Positions 53,464 through 64,000 of a stretch of DNA of 64,000 bases are shown here, in pieces (the stretch's first letter is position 1; each line of letters starts with the position of its first letter). Made by a program: the position numbers and the translations under genes. The notes beneath the pieces were generated by a model that made no database searches, had not been told where the DNA came from, and saw nothing but the letters and a program-made list of their open reading frames with translations. The stretch lies in NCBI GenBank assembly GCA_051362555.1, contig CM120641.1, positions 1,984,001 through 2,048,000 on the forward strand. The letters are read 5' to 3'. This stretch comes from Lingula anatina (taxonomy: Eukaryota; Animalia; Brachiopoda).

Positions 53464-53691
53464 CTTCCTCAGGAACTACAAGGTGTACAAAATGTTCTGC
53501 AACGAAGCGAGCAGTATATGCGCAGTGAACAGTACTTCAAACGCAGCTCGCGTGCCAGTGACACGTCCAGTGCGTATTCCGGTTCGGACATGATGCAGTC
53601 ATCCATAGATGACCAGGACATCGACCTGAGTGGACTGGTAGAGAGCATAGTAGACTCTGATGATGAGGAGGGCTACGCAGAATCTACTGAG
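53464..53691 (+). CDS. RAPGEF2: PDZ-GEF exon: LPQELQG...SDTSSAYSGSDMMQSSIDDQDIDLSGLVESIVDSDDEEGYAESTE
   Basis: ttttcag| acceptor, GAG|gtattg donor, 228 nt. DLSGL.E..VDS.D motif as in RAPGEF2 (DMDLSGLPETAVDSEDDD). Confidence 0.95.
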
Positions 53692-53726
53692 GTATTGTCT
53701 GATTGGATTACTTTTTAACTCTTTGT

Positions 53727-53880
<154 letters not shown>

Positions 53881-56800
53881 GTAAATGTGTTAGCTATGAC
53901 ACAACACAATGGCTTGATTGTGGTTGTTCAATTCTTCAAATTTTGTTTCTATTTGATTGTGACTTGATGTTCAGTAAAATTCATATTTATTTTATATCAT
54001 TTTTACTGCTGATATTTTGTTTTAGATTTGGATTTTTATTAAAATCTGCTTTAATGGTTAAATTAATTTACAACAAATTAAGATGTAAATCTTGTTGATT
54101 ATGCAATGAATATATAATTCATCCTCTTTGGTGATAATGAAAAGCAGAATTAAATGGATCTCTTCGTCAATATGTTCTTTAAATCAATTGCACATCAAAT
54201 GATTACTTTATGGTTGATTGAGATTTTGAACATTTGACGGACAGCTACTTATCTGACTTTTAAAGGCAGTGGAAATTAGAGAAGACTTGTTGGGAAAAAT
54301 TAAACAAATCTTTCGGTACATCCTTGTTTTCGTAAAAAAAGTTACAAACATGCAGTAGACATAATGTGATGATACAGTACCCCCTAGGGACCAAATTGAT
54401 CCAATCCCTAGGGGGCAGCAGCTTACCCATGGGGACTTACACTAGAGAAAGCACAGACACGTGCAGTCTACATAAATCAATAATCCTAAATATCTTCGTA
54501 GTCATAAGTGTTTTCCTGGTCAGACAAATGTCGTAGGAAATTGGAGGAAATGTGAAGATAGAAAAAGTGCATATTTAAGAATTGATAGAAACATGAGATG
54601 AATGGTCTGATTAAGTTTGCTGTAAACAGGATGGATTTTTTTTCTGTTTTATTAAGATCCTCTTTGATTGAGGAAGATTAAAGGGAAGTAGAAAATATTA
54701 TTACAGTTTGCTGTCATAGAAAATTCATAAATCTAATCATTTACTTTGATATAATGTGTAGGTGTTGTTGCTGAAGAGGAAAAAGTACATGGATCAAACA
54801 GCATTAGTAAGATACGTGTTAATATGCAAAAAAAGCATTACTGTTAATATGCAAAAAAAAGCATTACTTGCTTGATTAACTTTTGCAGTTCAAAAAGAGT
54901 TGGAAAATTTAGATTTAGGTTCGGGGCTTATATAAATTTTGACTTCTCAATCACTAAAATCCTGACTAATCATGAAAAGTGCTCAATAGCCTCAAGTATT
55001 TATTGCTAGAATCATTGGAAGTAATTTGTTGAAAAAAATGTAAGAAAAAATGTAATCAAAGTGAGGAATTGTTTAAATTTTCTGTCTGTATTATTCACTC
55101 ATAAGGACACTTAATACATCTGCATCAATGGGACACAGTAAGTTGTTTTCTTTTAGGAAAATAAGAGATCTCAAATGCCTTGACAAGGGACTTACTTTAT
55201 GTATTGGATGCCCGGGCAATTTAGGATAGTATAACAAGTTTATTTGGACCAAATCAAAAACACATTGGGACTGGGTAATGTAGTGGAGAGATAGCAGACA
55301 CATGGGGTCTTCTGAGAGAATTGAGTAAACTTTTTGTTGGACATATTAGATGGTTTGATAGGCTGTAATCCCCTGTTGGGATGTCATATTTTTTACACAG
55401 ACTTAACAACATACATAGAATGAACATTAACTTTTAATGGTGTACTAGAGAATAAGAGATGTTTATGTTGGTTTGGATGGAAGGTTGTCACGTAGACATT
55501 ACTGGGGTGTTTTGCATCCACTTTATTGACTAAAAGTATTGAAAATTTGCTCTTGTTTTTTCAATTTATTACTTGATTTTCATGGCAAAGAACCAGTGAT
55601 AAGTCCCCGATATAATAACTAAAAAAAAAAAAGAATTACGACTGTAGATGGACCTGAGAAGAGATTGAGTCACTGGGGATTAGACTTTCATTTTGTAAGA
55701 CCTGTTTACAGTTCACCAAGGTCCATTACCATATATTGCATGTTAGTGAGTGTCTTCAAAACCAGTTTATCTGCTAGATAGCTGAATCTGGAGATATTAA
55801 CATGTACAAACAACAGCAAAGAAGACAGCCCGGGATGACTAGGATGAGAAATGTGACATCTTTGTTGTTAGTTCAGAAGATAGAGATTAATTCTCATGGA
55901 TATCACATACTAACAGAGAATTGTGAGCACTGATACACAAGCATTCTGGTGTTTGAGTGTCAAAACATTTTTTTCACAGCAGTTTTTTTCAGTTAATCTC
56001 ATCCAATAACTTCACCAAGATCATTGCTGTAAGATAGGGTTAGACCAACTGTATCAAGGGCAGTATTCATTGGACTGGAAATGTTAAGTTCGTACCTGTA
56101 CTGTCTAAACACAAACTGTGCCTGTTTGTTGGACTCCACTGAATCCTCTGCATGAATTGTCCATCCAGATATTCTACTAGTGTGCTACATGGCGACAAGA
56201 ACCCTTGAATGAAGCACCCCTAGACAGAGGGCATATATAAGACACATACAGTGATGTATGATACTTCAGATACATAAGGCCTCATAGGAACATGGAACAT
56301 ACCTAATGATTTACTGACTGCTAGTTGAAGTACTGTAGTCTGTTGTCTAAGCTTGGGCTGTACCAGTTAGAGAGGTCCAGGGCCTGTAGTCTACTTCATT
56401 GTGTGTGAACATGGCTATGTATTACCTGGAGGCTGGAGATATGACACACCTGGAAATACAACTACCTGGATTTAATAAACCATCACTGTGAGATATGGAG
56501 GGCTGAGTTAAGGTGGACTGGCTTTTAGCAGATAAGGTGACAGTCAGTGACATCTGTCATCCATCATCTTTCTGTTGTTCTCTGGTGCTATTAGCCCATT
56601 GTTGACATCACATGTTGGATGTTCTCTTTTACAATACCCAGAGAATTGTACCATAAGTGATAGCCATTAGTGATGGTCACTTTTATCTGACCAATCTGTA
56701 GCTTTGGCCAAGCAGTTAAGAGGCACCTGCAGTACCAGTGGGTGGGTTAACAGGCCTAATGAATTGTAGATTGACCAGAGAATAACATGGTCAGGAAAAT

Positions 56801-58521
56801 AAACCTCTCAAATGTCACAGTGGGAAGAGTTAATCTGTTTGTTTTGATGGGAATTGAATATGATAGACTTCACAAGCCTGGTCAATATAGTGAGCAAAAC
56901 AACAACAAAATTAATCATCAGGTAGTCTATTTGTCGGCAGGTAGAGGCAGGAAAACAGATAATCAATCAAGGAAATTGGACAGAAAAATGAGGGTATTTC
57001 TCTATGGGGTCCCTGGTATTCCCGCCTGGGGTCCCTGGTGATCAGATTTGATTGGACAACCATGTAAGTGGATGCAGATGTCCAGCGCGTCCATTTTTTT
57101 ATGTTGAGATAAACTGTGACTGCCAGATCAGAGCTTATTTGTTGACTTGTGACTCCAGCGTCATACATACATCATCACACAAAGGATCCTCTCAGATTTA
57201 AAGGAACTTCATGAATTTTGCCATTATGGCCGGAGCAGCACTACCTGGGATGTAATTCTTAAAAAAATTGAAGTTTGGCTGGTTAAATTTGATTATAGCA
57301 TATGGATTTTTTGCTATCATAAGAAGTAGATGCACATGTCCCAGGATTTGTTGTTATATTTGAACTGACAGTCAAGTGATCAGTTTGTTTGAAGGGATCT
57401 TTTGATGAATATAGCAAGGTGAATGGATCAGTGAGATTTTAACACCTATCTGCAAAAGCTAGGTCTTAGGAATATCAAGAAATATTCACTGTGGACCAAT
57501 AAGTTGAACAGCTTGTGGTAACCCTTCCTTTTTAGAACACAGGAGAATTTTTAGGCTGGATATAGTGGCTTTTTGTATCAGAAGAGAATTACATTCTGAG
57601 AAACTTATGCTACCATGTGATACATTACTTGGAAAAGGAGTTTTATAATGAAATCAAATTTTACTGTGGGCAAAAACTGATCCCATCATTTGACTAATGA
57701 ATCATATAGTTGAGCTGATAATATTCGTGAAGAGAGCTGTGATCATATTCATTTGTCCAAGAAAAGCATTTTCTATAGGTTCTTGTTGTTGAAATTCAGT
57801 GCTCATGTCATAGCAATTTAATGGATTTCATGTTATTTTATTTAATACATTTTGATCACTGGTACTGAATTGGATTATCCCTGTGAAGGGGAAGCAATAA
57901 GAATATGAAATTTAGGAGAATGCCAGGGAACAGATATTTAAGAATGGTCCCAGTTTTACTGTGAACCTAACATCAATAATGTGGACATGTTATTAAATAT
58001 AGATTTTATTCTCAAAGGATTTCAGTTATTTCTCAGATAAAGAGTGGTTTTCAGAAGATATTTCATGGTATATTTTGTACCAGAATTCAAGATTTGTTTG
58101 ATGTCAATTAATTATTGATTTTCATTGATCCTTTACTTCAGAATTTTTTCAAAACATACAGGAGGTCATGTACAGAAGAGCAGGAAAAAACTAGAAAATT
58201 TTAAAGGAATTCAAAGGAAATTCTATAGAGAGAAAAAACTGAACTTCCTGTTGTGTATCTCGATATGATTGTAATTTGATGGAACATATACAATTTTGAA
58301 CAAGGAGTAGTTTTCAGGAGAGAACACAGGATACCAAGGCACCCTGATAATATTCTTTTAGAAGACTGGAACATATATTTAGAACTCTCTCTTTCTATTT
58401 TCCATAGAAGAAAACAAGGAGCTACATGTACCAACGTTTTCTTGGATGTCATTTTTCTTAGAAACAAACCAAGATGAGCAAGAACAATTGTTTAATTTCC
58501 TTTGTCCGCTTCATTTTCCAG

Positions 58522-58626
58522 TCTATGCCAATACGAGATGCCGTCAGGGAATGCTTGGAGAAGGACCCATCTGAGAGAAATGATGATGACATTGAGATAT
58601 TATTGGAATTTATGCAGCATTTTCCT
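58522..58626 (+). CDS. RAPGEF2: PDZ-GEF exon: [35 protein letters not shown]
   Basis: ttttccag| acceptor, CCT|gtgagt donor, 105 nt. Resembles RAPGEF2 [31 protein letters not shown]. Confidence 0.97.
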
Positions 58627-59732
58627 GTGAGTATGATCAAATGTCATATGCAACAATAAATTATGAATGTAGTACAATCACAGTAAATGTTTTAATTAAG
58701 TACTCAAAACTGTGGAATACATAATTGTTGGATTGATAATAGAAAGGTCGGGGAAAAAATGATTTGACTGGTTAAATATCAAGAAATTTGCTTTCAAGTG
58801 CTAATAAGATATCAATGTAAGCTGGGGAGACCACTTTTCACTCCACTTCTAGATTCAGTCAGTAAAACTTCAGAGTAATATGTATGGTTGTCTTATATCT
58901 TCATATGTTGTTTTGTGTTATCATGTACTTGTGCCTCAAAAACAATTCCTATGCCTTTTACAAAATTACTGCTAAATTTTTTGTGCAAAACCATGTCTTT
59001 GTGCAATTTGAATATGATCTGTAATAAATATTAGTTTTTGGGGTATTTTTCAAATGCTTGATTAGTACATTTGTATATGATGTGAGGAAAAACTATTTCC
59101 GCTTGAGATAAGGACCAGAAGCCCACACGCCAAGTCCTCCCTGTAGAGAAGCTGATGTTACCAAACATAAAAAAGTCCGTTTCCCATTATTACCTCAGCA
59201 CCTTAATGGTGCAAGAAGAAGTGGTACTTGCCCCGTAATGTCTGCCTACTAGCATGTCAGTAGAGATCAGATCATTTCCTCTTATTGGGCTGAGGATAAG
59301 ACAAAAGAGCTTTTAATGTGGCATTGGGATCCCACACTTCCAACAGATCGGCTATTTGTCTGCTGCTTTATGTGGCGATTGTCTCAGAGACTTTTTATTC
59401 AGGTTGGAGGGTAGTGATAGTGAAGTACAGAAGTAACACTACTGGTGAGCTGTAAGTTGTTAGTTGTGGTTTGTTACCAAACAAAGGGGTGGGAATGGGC
59501 CATTTGGAAATGTTAAAGGGTGGAAGACTTAGTTGGTATTGTTATTTAAATACAGTAGCAGGCTCTGACCATTGCAGTATATGAGGCATCAAACTGGAGG
59601 GTTAGAAGTGAAAGGAAATATTCTATCAAAATGTTTTGGGAGTGATAGCAGTATGAGAAATGTCATGACAAAAATAGTCATTTTATGTTAAACCTTTTGT
59701 CTAGTTCAGTATTTGAATTTTTGGGTTTCCAG

Positions 59733-59923
59733 GCATTTGCCAACATGACCCTGGCCACCAGGCGAAGCCTGTGTTCTGTCATGGTGTTTGCTGTCGTGGA
59801 GAAAGCGGGCACGATCGTGATGCATGATGCGGAGGAGCTGGACTCCTGGTCGGTCATCATCAATGGTCAAGTGGAGATCACGCTGCCGGACGACACGGTG
59901 GAACAGCTACAGATGGGAGACAG
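59733..59923 (+). CDS. RAPGEF2: PDZ-GEF exon: cNMP-binding domain [63 protein letters not shown](S)
   Basis: tttccag| acceptor, AG|gtcagt donor, phase 0 to 2. Close match to the RAPGEF2 cNMP domain. Confidence 0.97.
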
Positions 59924-60877
59924 GTCAGTTTTATTATATTACGTGTGAAGACTTCAAAAGATGAGAAATCTCACTCTATGAATCATCAGCACACAAACCC
60001 ATTGCTTGTCATCTTTGTGAAAATTTGTCATTGATTTCAGACTGGATATGTCAATTATGACGTAACCATGGAAAAACCAATTAAACAATTGGACTTACTT
60101 TTAGGGTAATGATTAATTTGTCTTTCAAGACTTAGGGCCTTTGACATGTAGGGAATTTTTATATAAGTAAGAGAAGTAGGAAATTTAGCAGGGGAAAATT
60201 CATGTAAAAAGTGAAGGGACATAAATATTAGGCTCTTGATTATAAAGGCTAGAATAATCCATAGCATAAGGGAAGAGAATGAGGTGGGTGCATTTTTCTT
60301 AGATTTTTTCTTAAAGGAAAATTTGCTGAGGTAGTATATAAGTTGTTAGTTTAAGTATTTATGCACCTTCAGGTTTATGGGCCAATTGAGTGGAACAATC
60401 TCCCTATTTGTTTAATAGAGTCTGAGGACAATTTTAAAAAAGAATTAAAAACTTATATCTTCAAAAAGTTTTACAATTGATTTGACTGGCTGTTGTCTTT
60501 TACGCTGTACAGTTTATTTTTGATATCTTATCAATTTAATTACATTTTAGTTCACATTTTTAGTTCATATCTTATTATTTTAACTACCTTTTCATTTATT
60601 TTTGTCATCTGATTCTGTTCATTTTACCCATGTAAAGTCTACTGAACATTTTATATATGGATTTTAGACTATAAATAAATATAATTATTATATTATTATT
60701 ATTACCTATTACCATGTTGACTGTATCCCTCCCCATAGTAGATGAAATGACTACAGGAGGATTGAATCAGGGCTAAAAAGATGTTTTTTAAAGGCTAAGG
60801 GCATAATGTAAACTGCATTGAGATGTGTGGTATGCAAAATGGTTTAAGAACCAGGATAACTTTTTCCTTTCTTTCAG

Positions 60878-60995
60878 TTTTGGTATCACACCTACAATGG
60901 AGAAGCTGTACCATAAAGGCGTCATGCGCACCACACAAGATGACTGTCAGTTTGTTTGTATAGCACAGTCAGATTACTATAGAATACTGCATCAG
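60878..60995 (+). CDS. RAPGEF2: PDZ-GEF exon: (S)[39 protein letters not shown]
   Basis: ctttcag| acceptor, CAG|gtaaga donor, phase 2 to 0. Conserved [15 protein letters not shown] motif. Confidence 0.97.
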
Positions 60996-61293
60996 GTAAG
61001 ACTCCTACTCCTCTTCTGTTAGATTATGATTGTGGTAATTTAACAGATTTTCATTTTCATGAGAATTTTTATTTCACAATCTTTAAGTCATTAAAAATGA
61101 TTGAATGATCTCTATCAAAGAAAACATTAGTAAATAAATAAAAATTGATTACTATCTGCTGAGGTGTACTTTAATTGGTACAGACGTAATTTTTTATTAA
61201 CTCTTCAAATTGATCATGCAACCATTTTTGATCAACATATAATGGAGGACAGATATATTCACAGATAAGTAAAAGTTATTGTTTGCTTTTTAG

Positions 61294-61398
61294 GGTGAAG
61301 AGAATACACACAAGTTTGAAGAGAAGGGGCAGGTGGTGATGGTCACTGAAGATAGAGTCTTAGACGCTGGCAACAGGAAAGGGTCCATTGTCATAAGG
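61294..61398 (+). CDS. RAPGEF2: PDZ-GEF exon: GEENTHKFEEKGQVVMVTEDRVLDAGNRKGSIVIR
   Basis: ctttttag| acceptor, AGG|gttagt donor, 105 nt. Resembles EKNTHKVEEEGEIVMV.EHRELD..GTRKGHIVIK. Confidence 0.95.
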
Positions 61399-61710
61399 GT
61401 TAGTGGAGAAATTTGGTGTAGATTTGAGAGTGCTGTACTTTTGTAATAATTTAGCCTTTTTGAAATTTATGGATTTTTGAAATTTATGGAAAGTGTTGGA
61501 AATAGAATAAGGGGTTCTATGATAAGATCGATATAATTGCATTATTGACTTTTTCTTTAGATTTTTCGTCTGATATTTTATGAAGTGAAGAAATATCCAA
61601 GACCAGAATTTTTATTTTTGGATAAAAGTTACCTTTAAATATCCTTCTGCAACAATGATCATGTCATGACATTGACCTTTTGTCCTTGACCTTTGGCCTC
61701 CATATTTCAG

Positions 61711-61875
61711 GGCACACCAGAGAGGCTGATGACCCACCTGGTAGAGGAACACTCTGTGGTGGACCCCACCTATGTGGAGGACTTCTTGCTGACGTACAGG
61801 ACCTTCATTGAGAGCCCCCTGGAGGTAGCCAACAGGCTGCTCATGTGGTTTGGAGACGCCGAGCTCAGGGATAGG
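61711..61875 (+). CDS. RAPGEF2: PDZ-GEF exon: REM domain [55 protein letters not shown]
   Basis: atttcag| acceptor, AGG|gtaggt donor, 165 nt. RasGEF N-terminal (REM) signature DFLLTYRTF. Confidence 0.97.
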
Positions 61876-61908
61876 GTAGGTCTTAGGGACATATATACAA
61901 CATAAGAC

Positions 61909-61909
61909 T

Positions 61910-61948
<39 letters not shown>

Positions 61949-61949
61949 T
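61909..61949. repeat. (TTTA)n microsatellite
   Basis: Seen directly. Confidence 0.95.
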
Positions 61950-62183
61950 CACTCACCTGCACAAATATGAAAACTGATTCATGATGTGAAAGAAGAAAAA
62001 AATACATTGTGTAGGTCTGTCATTGATCTCACTAGTGCAGAAATGTTTAACTTAAGGTATTCAAGATACAATTGTTCTGCATCCTCATCTTGTTTGAATT
62101 ATTAGAGCAAAATATGAACTGTTTTTAACTAGTACAAGTTACTTAGTCAGCTTGTCTTGATATGCTGTCCTCTATAATGTCAG

Positions 62184-62291
62184 GTGACCAGAGTTGTGTT
62201 ACTATGGGTCAACAACCACTTCAACGACTTTGAATCTAATCCTGCCATGAGTGAATTCTTAGAGAAATTTGAGATTATGTTAGAAAGAGAG
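62184..62291 (+). CDS. RAPGEF2: PDZ-GEF exon: [36 protein letters not shown]
   Basis: gtcag| acceptor, GAG|gtaagt donor, 108 nt. [17 protein letters not shown] matches recalled RAPGEF2. Confidence 0.97.
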
Positions 62292-62502
62292 GTAAGTAAC
62301 TCTTCAAATAAAAAACCCTACTCCTATGCCTCCATTTCCTAGAAAAATCAATACATTATACTTTTAAAGTAAATTTATATCAAATATAGTGATTTAAGAT
62401 TCAAAATCTTGTAGATGAAATGTTTTTAATCAAAAAATGTTTGATTTAAAAAAATTAATATTTTCTTGTTCAACAAGTCATGTTATCTATTTTAATTTTC
62501 AG

Positions 62503-62706
62503 CGAATGATAGGGCAGTTACGACTTCTGAACATTGCATGTTCAGCTAAAGCACGGGCACGCACAATAACCCTAACCAGGTCAACAAAAGATGAAATCTT
62601 ACATTTTTCTGTCCTGGGAGGGCTTGAGAGGCATTGTGGGATATTTATTTCCAAGGTTGAGAAGGGAACGAAAGCACACGAGGCTGGACTGAGGCGTGGG
62701 GACCAG
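62503..62706 (+). CDS. RAPGEF2: PDZ-GEF exon: RMIGQLRLLNIACSAKAR...PDZ domain ...LGGLERHCGIFISKVEKGTKAHEAGLRRGDQ
   Basis: ttttcag| acceptor, CAG|gtaagc donor, 204 nt. PDZ motifs GIFIS.V and AGL.RGDQ. Confidence 0.97.
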
Positions 62707-62897
62707 GTAAGCTGCATTAACTGTGCTGGTGTGACATTGTGTTGGCTGAGACAGTGTGTTAGATGTGACATTGTGCCAGTCTTCCATTTTAGATGCTGTT
62801 GTGCAGAAACTATTTAGAAATAAAATGGGGTAAAGAATTAATTTGATATCAAAGGTACTTTTATATTAACTTACTTATTTTGTGTCTCATATTCTAG

Positions 62898-63006
62898 ATC
62901 CTGGAGGTAAATGGACATAATTTTGAGTTCATCACGCATAATAGAGCTCTGGAGATCCTACGTGGAACCACGCATCTCTCCATATCTGTGAAATCAAATG
63001 TGATTG
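62898..63006 (+). CDS. RAPGEF2: PDZ-GEF exon: [36 protein letters not shown](A)
   Basis: attctag| acceptor, G|gtgagt donor, phase 0 to 1. Second half of the PDZ domain. Confidence 0.96.
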
Positions 63007-63290
63007 GTGAGTGCAAATGTGTCTCTTTAATTATGTTTGATGAAATGCATAGGAAATGTCAATTTTTTTAAATCAAAGTGATTTTAATTATTGTATAGAT
63101 TTTTGTTAGGGATGGAAAATTATTACATGTGCAAATAAATGTGTTTGAATAATAGATGCCTGAATTAATCAAACATTCAGCAATTGATTTTAAATGTCTG
63201 TAATGGGGCATAATTCTATAGCAATGTGGTTAATGCAGTACCTCATCATAAATAGAGACCAAATTTAAGCATTTTTTTTCAAACTTTCAG

Positions 63291-63543
63291 CCTTCAAAGA
63301 GATGTTATACAGCAGCTCCCCCGGGCGACCAGCCAAGAAACAACAAATTGCCCAGTTACAACCAGACTTCACCCAGAAGCGGCAAGGTTCTGTGCCTGAG
63401 CTGGACCTGGGGGTTCCCCCTGTGATCTCACCGGTTAAACCCAAGAAGGGAGACAAGAAAGAAAAACCCTACGGCACAGTGGGGAAAAATGCAAAGCTAC
63501 GAAAGGCTTTGAATAAAATTAATTTATTGCCAAAGCAAAACAG
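63291..63543 (+). CDS. RAPGEF2: PDZ-GEF exon: (A)FKEMLYSSSPGRPAKKQQ...KLRKALNKINLLPKQN(S)
   Basis: ctttcag| acceptor, AG|gtatgt donor, phase 1 to 2. FKE follows the PDZ domain as in RAPGEF2. Confidence 0.92.
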
Positions 63544-63810
63544 GTATGTTATGATGAGGACAGTAACTCTCCTGTGGGATTGATCCATTTTGTATTTCTT
63601 TCTTTTCTGTGATGATTATACACTATATGAAAGAATTTAAACAGTAAACAATAATTTTAATAAAAGGACAGCAAAATAATAAAAGAAATATCACATTAAC
63701 ACTATTTTCTTATCCTTTAATCAGACAAATAAACATTTGTGCTAGTCAACCATATCACATATCACACAAAATGTTTTACAGGTTCTTTCAAATCTTCCAC
63801 TTTGTTTCAG

Positions 63811-64000
63811 TGATAGCAAACTTCAGCACAACCATTCTGACAACGATCTGACCTGTCCTCAGCGCAGTCGCCAGTCTTCCACTTCATCAGCGTCGTCCAA
63901 CACGTCTGCGCAACAACAGCAAATGAGCAACAGCAGTCCCGATATCTCAGCCACCATACTGGGGAGTTTTGCTGTCATGGATGACACGCGCAACGACTTT
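63811..64000 (+). CDS. RAPGEF2: PDZ-GEF exon, truncated by window end: (S)DSKLQHNHSDNDL...MSNSSPDISATILGSFAVMDDTRNDF, pre-RA linker
   Basis: gtttcag| acceptor, phase 2, open to the window end. S.SPD resembles RAPGEF2 SQSNPDL just before the RA domain. Confidence 0.88.

Noticed and set aside
63782-63810. Upstream alternative acceptor for the last exon
   Set aside because: It would add 29 nt and shift the frame.

Overview
AT-rich, CpG-depleted eukaryotic (invertebrate, probably lophotrochozoan/mollusc-like) genomic DNA; no prokaryotic features. The whole window lies inside one + strand gene, a PDZ-GEF (RAPGEF2/RAPGEF6, Drosophila dizzy family). I traced 13 constitutive coding exons with canonical AG/GT boundaries and consistent phases. 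They encode the end of the N-terminal cNMP-like domain (36687), linkers (42818, 53464), the second cNMP domain, the REM domain, the PDZ domain and the pre-RA linker (58522-64000). The first exons (start of the first cNMP-like domain) and the RA/CDC25 exons were not seen and are probably outside the window. The large 5' introns hold a ~3.5 kb degenerate TIR transposon (TAG termini, TTA TSD, Academ-like), a dispersed 17-bp-derived minisatellite family and many microsatellites. The main hypothesis is a tiered array of candidate alternative first coding exons (ATG...GT). Their phases match the next constitutive exon: phase 2 before 36687, phase 0 before 42818 and 53464. One of them encodes a signal-anchor-like N-terminus. 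These candidates are inferred from sequence only and need transcript evidence.
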